Position numbers and translations under genes: made by a program | Assembly: GCA_951406725.2 (NCBI GenBank) | Contig: OX597823.1 | Coordinates: 112,096,001 to 112,160,000, forward strand | Source of the DNA: Octopus vulgaris | Lineage: Eukaryota | Reading direction: 5' to 3' | Length of the DNA stretch: 64,000 nucleotides | Notes under the pieces: generated by a model | What the model was told of the DNA's origin: nothing | Database searches by the model: none | The model's input: only the letters and a program-made list of their open reading frames with translations | In this document: one piece after another, positions 37,713-50,212 of the stretch | Numbering within the stretch: position 1 is the stretch's first letter | Layout of the letters: every line of letters starts with the position of its first letter

Positions 37713-38127
37713 TACTCTTTCCTTTCTCTTTTACTCTTTTACTTGTTTCAGTCTTTTGACTGCAGCCATGCTGGAGCACCGCCTTTAGTCGAGCAAATCG
37801 ACCCCGGGACTTATTCTTTCTAAGCCCAGTACTTATTCTATCGGTCTCTTTCGCCGAACCGCTAAGTTACTGGGACGTAAACACACCAGCATCGGTTGTC
37901 AAGCAATGCTAGGGGGACAAACACAGACACACAAAGACATACACACACATATATATATATATACATATATACGACGGGCTTCTTTCAGTTTCTGTCTACC
38001 AAATCCACTCACAAGGCTTTGGTCGGCCCGGGGCTATAGCAGAAGACACTTGCCCAAGATGCCACACAGTGGGACTGAACCCGGAACCATGTGGTTGGTT
38101 AGCAAGCTACCTACCACACAGCCACTA
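37713..38127 (-). mobile_element. Full-length tRNA/CORE-like SINE
   Basis: Same family as 11714-12161. Confidence 0.9.
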
Positions 38128-38444
38128 CGTTTCTGTTTTCAGAAAATTTCTATGTGGTTCCCCAGTCTGCTAGAAATAGCAGCTAAATGTCTTAGATGTT
38201 AGCTTGCTGTTTTAAAAAATGAAGGATATGTTGGTCATTGTTGTCTTATATATATAGAACCATTAGAGAGTTTGTCAAGCAGGATGGCTTTGGATTGAAT
38301 AAGAATCTTGCATGGCTGAGTAACAATGTTCTTGGATGTGGAGTCATGTCACAACGGCACACCATTGCATATGTGTGTGTCTGTTTATATACATACATGC
38401 ATAAATATATACATACACAAATATGTATATACATATATGTATGT

Positions 38445-38836
38445 AGGCACAGGAGACCTATTGAGTCAAGTAGATCAACATCAAAATGAAAATCAGATGG
38501 AAATTGTTGTTGTGATATCAGTGCCAGTGCCACGTAAAAAGCACCATCCGAACGTGGCCGATGCCAGTGCTGCCTTGACTGGCTTCTGTACCGGTGGCAT
38601 GTAAAAAGTACCAACCGATTGTGGCTACTGCCAGCCTCCCCTGGCACCTGTGCCGGTGGCACGTAAAAAGCAACCACTACACTAATGGAGTGGTTGGCAT
38701 TAGGAAGGGCATCCAGCTGTAGAAACACTGCCAGATCAGACTGGAGCCTGGTGCAGCCTCCTGGCTTCCCAGACTCTGATTGAACCATCCAACCTATGCT
38801 AGCATGGAAAACGGATGTTAAACGATGATGATGATG
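38445..38836 (+). mobile_element. RTE-type LINE 3' end
   Basis: Family 3' UTR ending in (GAT)n. Confidence 0.85.
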
Positions 38837-39240
38837 TATGTATGTATATGAGTGTGTGTGTGTGTGCGTAAGTGTTTTCATGCATGTTGCCAAGGTATTG
38901 AAACTATAGTGACATCAATTAGGCAGCTGAAGATGGGAATGTGTGTAAGATGTGTTTATATCTTGGGGTTTTGTTATTCTGAGTTGTCTTTCTTCTTCAT
39001 AATGTTGAACATGTTTTTTGGGTCCATAGTTTATGATAATTGCATATATTGTTATTGATATATCGATACTGGTTGACTGACTTTATGTATAATCTTATTA
39101 GTCTAGGATAATACTTGATTAATGGTTTCTAGCTTTGGGAGGTCCTGTGGTTTATGTGTGTGTGTGTTTGTGTATAAATATATATACATATGTATGAATA
39201 CATATATGTGTATATATTCATGTATATGTATAGATATTTA

Positions 39241-39282
<42 letters not shown>

Positions 39283-39306
39283 TATATATATGTATATGTG
39301 TGTGTA

Positions 39307-39340
<34 letters not shown>

Positions 39341-39505
39341 GGTGTAGGCATGGCTGTGTGGTAAGAAGCTTGCTTCACAACCACATGGTTCTGGGTTCAG
39401 TCCCACTGCATGGCACACTGAGCAAATATCTTCTACTATAGCCTTAGGTCAACCAAAACCTTGTGAGTGGATTTGGCAGACGGAAACTGAAAGAAACCTA
39501 TAGTA
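39341..39505 (+). mobile_element. 5' half of tRNA/CORE-like SINE
   Basis: TGGCTGTGTGGTAAGAAG...GGGTTCAGTCCCACTGC. Confidence 0.83.
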
Positions 39506-40339
39506 TGTATATATATATATGGTGGTAGTGGTGGTGGTGGTGGTGGTTGGAGTGGTGCTGACAGCTGAGATGGTGATGACATATGAAATGCATATTGTGA
39601 TGACTTTGAGATGAAGACATTTAGATAACATAATCCAGCTAAAAACAATTATTGTCTCATAAGATTATCCTTGATTATTTTACGAATCTTTCAGTTTACG
39701 TAAATATGCTTGCATATTCATATTCGTTAATAACAGGTTTCTGTAGAGTTCTGAAGTACAAGTAGCAAAATATTGGTCGACACAAGTCTCAAAAAGACAC
39801 TTGCCCCATATCCATGTAGGAATTGAACACACAACCATAGAAAATTAAAACAAACCTCTTAACCATAGAGTTGTGCCAATGCTTATTTACAGCTCTGAGA
39901 AAGAACTGAAGTAAACCATATCAAGATAGAAGCCATAATGTTTACCAGTGAGTTTTGCTAATTCTGTTATGGAGTTTTCCAACACTTAGGTAAAACCTCT
40001 GCAGAATAATATTACACTTTGGTAAACTTTTGACAAAATTCTAAAAGTATTTTTCTCCTAATGGTGAATAGTAAATGTTGACCACCACAACTTTCATAAT
40101 CAAAACAGTTTAGAAGAATGGATAATAATTACAATATCTTGGACATTTCAGCAACTAATAGTCGACATTAGTAGGAAATTGACAGAAGCTAGCTGTGTAT
40201 TAACCCTTTCCTCAAATGTCAGTCAAAACTAATAAGTCTTTAATCAGGTATTCTTCCTCACTGGCACCAAACATGTGACAGGTTTCACTTTTCACAACCA
40301 CAGTAGCTGCAACAACAATAACAACAACAGCAGCAGCAG

Positions 40340-40383
<44 letters not shown>

Positions 40384-40840
40384 ACAACAGCTGCAATAAG
40401 AATAACCAGAATGATGTATTTGGCTTTAGACCCCCACCACCATTAATACCACCACCACCACCACCAACACCACCACCACCACCACTGCTGCCATCACCAC
40501 CATTACTACCACTACCACGAACATCAATATCTTTGTGGTCTGTGGTGGAAAGGAAGAGTACTGGTGATTGTGTGGTTACTGGTAGCAGCAGCAGCAGCAG
40601 TAGTAGTAATGTGAGAATTAGTACAAATGAGGAAAAGGCAAAATAATAAATGCATACCTGTGTGTCTCTATGCGTTTGCAGGTTTGTGTTTATACCAATG
40701 CGTTTGTGTGCATACATTCTACACTAACCTACATACTCAGCATTTCCTTCATGATAAACTTCATCATGTATTCTTTTCTTTCTATTATATATATGTATAT
40801 ATATATATAAATATATACATATATATATACATATATATAT

Positions 40841-40889
<49 letters not shown>

Positions 40890-41131
40890 CATATATATAT
40901 ATATATAAGGATTATAGGTGGATAATTATAGATAGATACTTATATGTGTGTGTATATGAATGTCTGTTTATATATATGTATGTGCATATGTATATACATA
41001 TATATATACATATATATATATATGTATTGGTAAAAACGGTAAGATAACAAAAGAAAGAAAGAGACATCAATATTATCTAAATAGAGGAAATTCATCTATA
41101 AAATAATATGTTACAATTACTCAATAGTCAA

Positions 41132-41192
41132 GGTAAAACTCTGAGTTTCAGATGCTGAAGTGGAAATCCACAACACCATCTCTTTGGTTATC
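41132..41192 (-). ncRNA. Decayed hammerhead related to the C4-variant family, in a (TA)n-flanked element (~41027-41270)
   Basis: Minus strand GATAA-CCAAAGA-GATGGTG...CAGCATC-T-GAAAC-TCAGA-GTT-TTACC; stem III identical to the 35.3 kb family. Confidence 0.55.
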
Positions 41193-41269
41193 TGCCCATC
41201 TGAAAAAAACGCTATGAAAAAATAGTTATATAAAGGGAAATTACTGTGTTATAATTCTGCTACTTATAT

Positions 41270-41304
<35 letters not shown>

Positions 41305-41461
41305 AAGTTGGTGTGTGAAAGCACGTGGTTGAATATATAGAAAATAGTAAAAAGTGAAAAAACTACGGAAGGCTTGTTTTAAAAGGTTAAAAAATATATA
41401 TTTGAGTCATTATGTCTGAAGAATGTTATAAATTTTTTCTCTTACAATGACATAGTTTTTG

Positions 41462-41501
41462 AAGAAATGACCGGTTTCGCGTTCAGCTTTTCAAATTTCT
41501 T
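41462..41501 (-). ncRNA. Minimal hammerhead, U3-A8 variant
   Basis: Exact reverse complement of 41558-41597. Confidence 0.75.
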
Positions 41502-41557
41502 ACATCATTTTTTCAAATTTCTTACATCTTTTCAAATTCTCTTAAATCTTACAATGT

Positions 41558-41597
41558 AAGAAATTTGAAAAGCTGAACGCGAAACCGGTCATTTCTT
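41558..41597 (+). ncRNA. Minimal hammerhead, U3-A8 variant
   Basis: AAGAAAT-TTGAAAA-GC(TGAAC)GC-GAAA-CCG-GTC-ATTTCTT: 7-bp stem I, palindromic ACCGGT stem III, GUC site. Confidence 0.75.
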
Positions 41598-41717
41598 CAA
41601 AAACTATGTCATTGTATGAGAAAAATATTTATAACATTCTTCAGACATAATGACTCAAATATATATTTTTTAACCTTTTAAAACAAGCCTTCCGTAGTTT
41701 TTTCCCTTTTTACTATT

Positions 41718-41761
<44 letters not shown>

Positions 41762-42270
41762 CAAAATCAAATTCGATGACTGGCATCTGTGCTAGTGAAG
41801 CGCTAAGAGCACCATCCGAGCGTGATTGTTGCCAGAGCAGCTAACTGGCTTCCATGCTGGTAGCATGTAAAAAGCACCATTTGAGTATGATTGTTACCAG
41901 TGTCACCTTACTTGCACTTGTGCTAGTGGCACGTGAAAAGACATTCAAGTGAAGTCGTTGCCAGTGCAGCTGGACTGGCTCCTGTGCAGATGGCATGTAA
42001 GAAACACCATTTGAGCATGGCCGTTGCCAGTACCGCCTGACTGGCCCTCGTGCCAGTGGCACTTAAAAGCACCCATTACACTCTCGGAGTGGTTGGCGTT
42101 AGGAAGGGCATCCAGCTGTAGAAACTCAGCCAGATCAGATTGGAGCCTGGTGCAGCCATCTGGTTTGACAGTGCTCAGTCAAACTGTCCAATCCTTGCTA
42201 GCATGGAATGTGGACGTTAAGCGGTGATGATGATGATAATGATGGTGATGATGATGATGATGATGATGAT
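41762..42270 (+). mobile_element. RTE-type LINE 3' UTR
   Basis: Family 3' UTR ending in (GAT)n, tail-to-tail with the next copy. Confidence 0.87.
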
Positions 42271-43321
42271 CATCATCATCATCGTCGTTTAACGTCCGCT
42301 TTCCATGCTAGCATGGGTTCGACGGTTCAACTGGGGTCTGGGGAGCCCGAAGGCTGCACCAGGCCAGTCAGATCTGGCAGTGTTTCTACAGCTGGATGCC
42401 CTTCCTAACGCCAACCACTCCGAGAGTGTAGTGGGTGATTTTATGTGCCACCGACACAGGTGCCAGACGAGGCTGGCGAACGGCCACGCTCGGATGGTGT
42501 TTTTATGTGCCACCGACACAGGTGCCAGACGAGGCTGGCGAACGGCCACGCTCGGATGGTGTTTTTATGTGCCACCGACACAGGTGCCAGACGAGGCTGG
42601 CAGACGGCCACGCTCGGATGGTGTTTTTATGTGCCACCGACACAGGTGCCAGACGAGGCTGGCAGACGGCCACGCTCGGATGGTGTTTTTATGTGCCACC
42701 GACACAGGTGCCAGACGAGGCTGGCAGACGGCCACGCTCGAACGGTGTTTGCGGTACTGGCTACGGTCCCGTTCAGATGGTTTTCTTATGTGCCACCGGC
42801 ACTGGTACCACAAGGATACAAATTCCATTGATGTTCATCTATTTTGATTTGGTTTGACTTGATTCGATTTGACTTTGATTCGATTTGCCTCAACAGGTCT
42901 TCACAAGTGTCACAAGCAGGAAGGTATGCACAGGCGGACTGACTACGTCCCAGGTAGGGGCCACGGGTTATGGCTTCACTTGTCTTGCCGGGTCTTCTCA
43001 CGCACAGCATACTTCCATAGGTCTCGGTCTCTGGTCATTTCCATGGTGAGACCTAACGTTCGAAGGTCGTGCTTCACCATCCTCGTCCCAGGTTTTCCTG
43101 GGTCTACCTCTTCCACGGGTTCCCTCAACTGCTAGGGATTGGCACTTTCTCACACACCTATCTTCATCCATTCTCGCCACATGACCATACCATCGCAATC
43201 GTCTCTCTTGCACGCAACAACTGATGCTTCTTAGGTACAACATTTCTCTTAGGGAACTAACACTCTGTCGAGTAAGTACACTGACATTACACATCCATCG
43301 GAGCATACTGGCTTCATTCAT
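42271..43321 (-). mobile_element. 5'-truncated RTE-type LINE: RT C-terminus plus 3' UTR
   Basis: ORF 42998-43321 NEASMLRWMCNVS...VQERRLRWYGHVARMDEDRCVRKC...VEGTRGRGRPRKTWDE is a typical RTE C-terminus. Confidence 0.93.
42441..42750. repeat. Five-copy 62-bp tandem repeat inside the LINE 3' UTR
   Basis: Unit TTATGTGCCACCGACACAGGTGCCAGACGAGGCTGGC(GA/AG)ACGGCCACGCTCGGATGGTGTTT at 42441, 42503, 42565, 42627, 42689. Confidence 0.95.
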
Positions 43322-43845
43322 GATATATATATATATAAATTTAAAATAATAAGGGTGAAAAATTGAATATTAATTATAATACATACATATAAGAGGGATG
43401 ACCACTAAGTGGACATCCATTATGCCAGAAGTAGAGCCCCTATGGTCTTACTACCACATGTGACAGATTGTATTGTGTTATCAACTGCACTAAGAATGAC
43501 ATAACACACACACACACACATACACATGTCTGTGTAGTTTAGAACATTGCTTTCCAACTAGATAAATTGGAATCCAGACATGTTGCATCTATACATTTAT
43601 ATACGTGTATACACATAAGGTGAAGTGGAATTAAAGACAGTCTGTTGATGAAAAAAGTTTTTGCCTCTGATGCATGAACAGGAGTAGTGAGTTTTCAGAA
43701 CACACTTGAAGTACATTACTCACAATGCTTAGAATGATCTAAAGAGGTAACTGGTTGCTTTTTCTGTTGTGTCTGGGGAGAGTAATTTTCTTTTTGTGCC
43801 TTATAATGTAACACACTCACCGGTAAAATTTCCACTTATTTCTTA

Positions 43846-44339
43846 CTAGCAGTATTGCCCGGCTTTGCAAAATGGTCACATTTAATTCAAAGCGTTAAAA
43901 ATGTTATGAAAACAATTGGTATGTGTTCACAAAGTCCAAACAATTAATACGAAAAAACCCTCCAGGCTACATCCCGAAAATTCATTTCTTTGCTGAATTT
44001 CTACAATGTTTACAGCAATTCGTTTTTATATCTTGATTTTTTATTTTTCATGCAATTTACGCATGCTTGCATGCATGGTGAACACTGTTCACGTCAAACA
44101 GCTGACTGAGTAAAGTTCACTATTCAATGCATGGGATAAGGCCTAAACGAACACATTATCGATTTTTGCACTTGCGAGATGAATTTCGGAATAGAAATAG
44201 TGCAGTTCAATTTTCATTCGCCTAAACTTTAAGTGACCCATTTGTGGTGGTTCTACGATTTGTTGGCTAGGAGAAGTGCCGGGAACTTAAACACACAGAT
44301 ACACACACAGACATTCAAGTTGAGTTTTATAAATATAGA
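43846..44339 (-). mobile_element. Non-autonomous Helitron
   Basis: Minus strand A|TCTATATTTATAAAA ... GCAAAGCCGGGCAATACTGCTAG|T: 5' TC, 3' CTAG, A-T target, no TSD. Confidence 0.75.
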
Positions 44340-44509
44340 TTTTTATTTTCCTAAAATTTTTGTTGTGTCTTGCAACCTTTTCAATAGTCTTCACTCTTGC
44401 AACCTTTTCAATAGTCTTGGTAGCTTTTGTTATCTAGAAAACTTATCAGAAGTAGAGCTGAATCTATTAAAAGTGTAATGGCCACAACAGAATACGATAC
44501 AAAATGTTT

Positions 44510-44990
44510 GGTGACCTATTTACTGGCAAGAAGAAATTTATCTGTCTCGAAGCTAAAACTAGGTTATCTGATACATGTGTACAAACTGTGATGCTGCAGG
44601 GTAGTGAGATCTGGGCAGTGAATGTAGCAGATGCACAAAGGGTTGGGAAAAAAAGGAGGCAAACCTGATTCACTAGAAACGTAAAGTTATTGTGCATGAG
44701 CGATGATCTTTGTGTGCGTTGAGAGAAAAACTGCGAACAAGAAAAATCAGTTGTAGTGTGCAAGGGTGACAGCAACACAGCTATGGACATCTAATGCATA
44801 CAGATGTTGACAGGGGGTGGAAGAAGGTACGAAAGGGTCTTATGTAAGGAACCAGTGAAGAGGAAGAACGAATAAGACAAGTTGAAGTGGTGAGAGCTGA
44901 GCTCAGGATGTTGAACCCCATGAAGTGAAATGACGAAGAAGCTCAACAAGTGGGAGATGCTTTGTTGGAGAGGAACACCCTAATACACAT
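44510..44990 (+). pseudogene. Old RTE LINE RT C-terminal remnant
   Basis: KTRLSDTCVQTVMLQGSEIWAVNVADAQR resembles K.RLY..CV...ML.GSETW. Confidence 0.72.
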
Positions 44991-45107
44991 TCTATAATGG
45001 GGGAAAAGATGGATGTAAAAATGATGAGGATGATGACGATATATATAGTTTTATATATACATACATACACACCCACACATATATATATATACATATGTAG
45101 AACGCCT

Positions 45108-45164
<57 letters not shown>

Positions 45165-45167
<3 letters not shown>

Positions 45168-45470
45168 AGGTGCAATGGCCCAGTGGTTAGGGCAGCGGAT
45201 TTGTGGTCGTAGGATCGCGGTTTCGATTCCCAGACCGGGCGTTATGAGTGTTTATTGAGCGAAAACACCTAAATCCTCCACGAGGCTCCGGCAGGGGGTG
45301 GTGATCCCTGCTGTACTCTTTCACCACTCTTTCTCCCACTCTTTCTTCTGTTTGCCTGCTCGCTTAGCCAGCGGGGTAGCATCATTCGAAGGCTAAAACA
45401 ATGCGAACGCATTGTGACCAGCGATGTGTAACTACATCTGATGGACTGGTCGGTCACGTGATCACATGAT
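45165..45470 (+). mobile_element. tRNA-derived SINE within (TA)n
   Basis: TGGCCCAGTGG A-box, GTTTCGATTCCC B-box; head and body related to the 29328 SINE but a different tail ending GGTCACGTGATCACATGAT. Confidence 0.85.
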
Positions 45471-45487
45471 ATATTTATACATATATT

Positions 45488-45518
<31 letters not shown>

Positions 45519-46161
45519 GGTGAGGACCAAAATTCTTGAAAAGGATGTCAAACATCCAAGTCCACCGGTAAAGTCCAAGTGAAGAATATATAAAATAAAA
45601 ATATGCATTCAATATTTACAAAAACAGTAAATGAACTTTAAGGAAAGGAAAAAGTGTAGATGAACTTTAATTCCTGATCCAAGTTGGTACAGAACCAATA
45701 TACATTCTAGAAATTGTTCCCTCATGTGTGGTGTGTGTATGTGCGCACATGCATGTGTATGTGCGCACATGCATGTGTATGTGCATGCATGTGTGTTAAG
45801 TCATTCTTAGTGCTGTTGATAACCCAATACGCTCTGTCACATAGTTGGCCATTGGCAGCTAAACTGGCGACCTCATTGAGTCTGCTTTGTGAGGAGTATA
45901 GATGTTGGAGAATCCAGAGGACAAAAAGCAAAGCCTGAGAAAGGGCAGATGAACTTAATAGAGTTAAATGCTATCCAATACTACGAGTAAGTGTAAACTT
46001 AGAAATGACTGAAGAGTAAACCTCGGTGACAAAAGTATTTTGGAGTTGGAAGCAGGTTTGTAGTGATGGAAGAACTAATGAGTGTTGATGGACTGATCTG
46101 CTGACTTTCTCACTAGCGAATGGCAAACAGTAACCGACTCTATCAATCACATTAGTATGAC

Positions 46162-46390
46162 TTAACTCCTTAGTGTTCGCATTATTCTGCCAAAATTAAT
46201 CCTTTTTTATCCACATTGCCTTGAACTAATCAGGCATTATCTTGGTGCTATGAGATTTTGATGAGGTAGCTGTTAATTTTTAAAACGACATTGTAGGGCT
46301 GGTGTGAGAGACCAGATCTGGCCAGTTTGACCATAAAACAGGCAGAATACTTTTGGCCGGATATGGCCGGTTTAAATGCTAAAGGGTTAA
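46162..46390. mobile_element. piggyBac-type MITE family A
   Basis: TTAACTCCTTAGTGTT ... AATGCTAAAGGGTTAA. Confidence 0.8.
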
Positions 46391-46756
46391 ACATACTAGT
46401 TATTGGAATATTGCTATAAATTTCAGGATTTTGCTTATTATTTGTCGTTATCCAACAACAGAATCTAAATGACCGTTTCTCCATAACTAGAACTAGAAAT
46501 TCTTTCTTCTTGTCTGAACTAAAACAAGACATTACAGGGCACAGGCTTTTAAAAGGGGAAAGTTATTTCAACTTTTAATCTTTAACATTCAGATTCTGAA
46601 TTTGATGCCTGAAATGGTGGGATTATTGCATTGGTCAAAGAGCAACGCATCAAATAATTTGCAAAGAGGAGCTCTGACCATAAATGAAGATGTTACAATT
46701 CATCATAAAAAATGGATGAATGATAGATGCTTCTTAACGAGCTCATCAGAAAATGT

Positions 46757-47156
46757 TACTCTTTTACTCTTTTACTTGTTTCAGTCATTTGACTGTGACC
46801 ATGCTGGAGCACCGCCTTTTGTCCAACAAATCGACCCCAGGACTTATTCTTTCTAAGCCTAGTACTTATTCCATCGGTCTTTTGCTGAACCACTAAGTTA
46901 CGGGGAGGTAAACACACCAGCATTGGTTGTCAAGCAATGCTAGGGGGACAAACACAGACACACAAACGTACACACACACACATATATATATACACATATA
47001 TACGACGGGCTTCTTTCAGTTTCCGTCTACCAAATCCACTCACAAGGCATTGGTCAGCCTGAGGCAATAGGAGAACATACTTGCCTAAGGTGTCATGCAG
47101 TGGGACTGAACCCGGAACCATTTGGTTGGTTAGCAAGCTACTTACCACACAGCCAC
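46757..47156 (-). mobile_element. tRNA/CORE-like SINE
   Basis: Same family as 11714-12161. Confidence 0.9.
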
Positions 47157-47609
47157 AATTCAATCATCACAGGTGTAGAATTACTCTTGAGTGAAAGATC
47201 TTGTAAAGTTTTGAACATAGTTGAAAGCAACACAATTTTTTATATAATGATTGCTTCTTTCAAAAGAAATGCAAGCACAACATGTTATCCATAACGGCAA
47301 CAAATGAAGGTGTGATTCAGTTTTATAACAATTTCACTGATCCAATTGAAATAAATTCCTCAAAGCTGTGTCAAAATTATTTGGACAATTATTTGGCCAA
47401 CCTTTTATCAATTTAGCCATCAAAATAACAAATATCTCTTAAACTTTCAAATAGAATGTGAAATGTTTAATTTCACAGGACAATACTCAGAGAGAAAAGA
47501 TAAATGTGGATATTTACATCCCACAAATAACATTCAGGTGCAAATGGATCATATCCTTATCAATAAAAATATAGAGAAAATAGTACTATGGACTGCATGG
47601 CCTACAGAG

Positions 47610-47652
<43 letters not shown>

Positions 47653-47905
47653 GTCGTCGTTTAACGTCCGCTTTCCATGCTAGCATGGGTTGGACGATTT
47701 TGACTGAGGGCTGGCGAACCAGATGGCTGCACCAGGCTCCAATCTTGATCTAGCAGAGTTTCTACAGCTGGATGCCCTTTCTAATACCAACCACTCCAAG
47801 AGTGTAGTGGGTGCTTTTTACATGCCACCGGCACAAGGGCCAGTCAGGCGGTACTGGCAATGACCTTGCTCGAATCTTTTTAGACATGCCACCAGCACAG
47901 GTGCC
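47610..47905 (-). mobile_element. RTE-type LINE 3' end
   Basis: (ATC)n plus family 3' UTR. Confidence 0.86.
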
Positions 47906-48955
47906 TATTTTTTTTTACTGTCAAATCTGACCACCAGAATGTGACATGAAAGTTCAGACTAAGCTTGTGAGTAAAAACTCAAGTAAAAATAAAATGTTAG
48001 GACTAGAAGAAACCAGCAATGCAGTTGTGAGAAATTCATACATCATTTATATCAAAATCACCAAGAAACCTTATAAATTTTAGATGATATCAAAAATGCC
48101 AACTCCTTTAATGCATGTGAAAATGCATCAGAAAGAAATGTACCGAAAGTAGAAAAGTAAAACTTCTGCATCCCATAGGAAAGCAAGGAAATAATTAAGA
48201 TAAAAGAAGGAAGCATAAAAAGCAACATATAAAATAAGTAATCTCATGAGAGTTAATGAAACAATAGTGGAAAATGTAAAACAACTAAACGAAACTTATA
48301 AACAAGAACTTAGAGTTTGTCTTCAGTAAAATTTAAATGTAATCCAAAATATTTCAAAAGCTTTCTATTGCGTCTACAGCTGTGAATGAAGTAACAGTGA
48401 AAAAGAAAACCAACAGAGGAAAACTAATAGCAAGCAATCCCAAGGACCAAATTAAAAAATGGAATGAGTTCTTTCTCTAACCGACTTGGACAGCTACCAG
48501 GCACCATGAAGTAACCTTTCATTAATTATGTAAAAGATAGATTCAAATGGCTTTTCCAGAGAAGAACCAAAGAATTGTATCAAGTTCTTCAAATAGCAAG
48601 GCATTCAGTCTTGACAATATACCTGTGAAAATATGGAAAACAAGACCACTTTGGATCCATTAACTGAAGTATGTAATACAACCTTCACCCAAGACAAGGC
48701 TGTTATTTTAGGAGAAAATGGTCCTCTATCAAACCTAAAAGAAAGGATATCTGGATATGCCTTACTCTATTGGTTATTGATACAAAAATCTACAACAAAA
48801 TGTTATTTTTGAGAATACATCTCCTATACTAAAAGTCAATCAGAATGGTTTTCATTCAAGACAATTTACATTATTCAAAATTCTTGCAATGTGAAGACAA
48901 GAATTCTACCAGTATTAAGACTGGCAGAGCTTATACAGATGATGTAGCTCTTACT

Positions 48956-49086
48956 GGAAGCACTCCGTCGGTTACGACGACGAGGGTTCCGGTTGATCCG
49001 AATCAACAGAACAGTCTTGGAATCAAAATCACGATCCTTCAACCGCGAGTCTGCTGCCCTAACCACTGGGCCATTGCGCCTCCACA
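48956..49086 (-). mobile_element. Short tRNA-head SINE with 10-bp TSD
   Basis: TSD AGCTCTTACT at 48946-48955 and 49087-49096; head GGAGGCGCAATGGCCCAGTGGTTAGGGCAGC. Confidence 0.88.
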
Positions 49087-49285
49087 AGCTCTTACTACAA
49101 ATACTATCAAGGAAATTCAATCCTTCTTCAACAAGTTGAGGAAACTTCAAAACAGATTGGATGACATGATATTGATGATAAGACTGAGTCTATGGTTTTC
49201 AATCAGCCAAAGAGCACATTAAATCAACAAAGGGGTCAAAACTTGAAATGTGTAAATGACTTCAAATGATTTGGATCAAGGATAC

Positions 49286-49947
49286 TGTTGTGATGAGAGT
49301 TACGATGCCCCCTTGTGCGAGATAAACTGGTCCAAGTAAAGTATGAATACTAACGATCTGAGTGAGTTCAGGGTTCTGAGTTCAGAATTGAGTGAACTTC
49401 ATATTAGTTCGCAATGAAGTTGGAAAGTGTTGGTTGGTTAGTTCACAAGAGATATTGATTATTCCTTACTGGCACTTGTGCCCGTGCTAGTAGGTTGCCA
49501 AGAGCACCATCCGAGTGTGATCATTGCCAGAGCAGCCAGTGGCATGTAAAAGGGCACCATTCGAGCGTGATCGTTACCAACGTCGCCTTACTGGCACCTG
49601 TGCAGGTGGCATGTGTAAAAGGATTTGAGTGAGGTCGTTGCCAGTACCACCTGACGGGCCCCCATGACAGTGGCATGTAAAAAGCACCCACTACATTCTC
49701 GGAGTGGTTGGCGTTAGGAAGGGCATCCATCTGTAGAAACTCTGCCAAAGCAAGATTGGAGACTGGTGCAACCATCTGGTTTGCCAGCCCTCAGTCAAAA
49801 TCGTCCAACCCATGCTAGCATGGAAAGCAGACGTTAAACGATGATGATGATGATGATGTTCATAAAGGGATTTGTTAGTTCATTACATCGTCTTTTACTG
49901 TTGTCTGGTTATCTTATTTATTGTACATAACAAGTTACATTGCAACA
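49286..49947. mobile_element. Solo LTR containing an RTE 3' end (plus, ~49465-49858)
   Basis: GATAC|TGTTGTGATG ... CATTGCAACA|GATAC: TG..CA ends, short imperfect terminal inverted repeat, 5-bp TSD. Confidence 0.78.
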
Positions 49948-50212
49948 GATACAAAGCTGGAAGGGAGACAGTACAGTAAAAACTGAAGTGACATAGCGAT
50001 GAACAAGATATCTGCAATATGGAAGTCAAACCTTTACAATGAATTCAATATACAGTTTTTTTTAAACTGCTGTTGTGAGCATGTTGATTTATACAACTGA
50101 ATGCTGGACACTTTTAAAAGTAATACAAAGTAGACTAAACTGATCAAATACCAAGATGTTAAGAAGGGTGACAAATGTTTCTTGGGAGCAAAGTTCCTCA
50201 AACAGTGTCTTA

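Larger units (their letters stand above)
41334..41726. mobile_element. Near-perfect ~170-bp-arm fold-back element in (TA)n with two hammerheads
   Basis: 41334-41505 is the reverse complement of 41554-41726 with few mismatches; spacer holds partial re-copies of TTTCAAATTTCTTACATC. Confidence 0.9.

Noticed and set aside
42441-42750. CRISPR-like regular repeat
   Set aside because: No unique spacers, eukaryotic context, no cas genes; it is a tandem repeat in a LINE UTR
43650-43750. TTGCCTCTGATGC...AGAGGTAA hammerhead-like hairpin
   Set aside because: Core reads CTGATGC and there is no GAAA; unsupported
45165-45240. tRNA gene candidates (also at 12185, 29570, 49010, 58851)
   Set aside because: A/B boxes are present but the acceptor stems are broken and each continues into a SINE body
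46720-46756. CTGATGAG on the minus strand (similar isolated cores at ~26728, ~52853 and ~59714)
   Set aside because: No correctly placed GAAA and closing stems; chance matches
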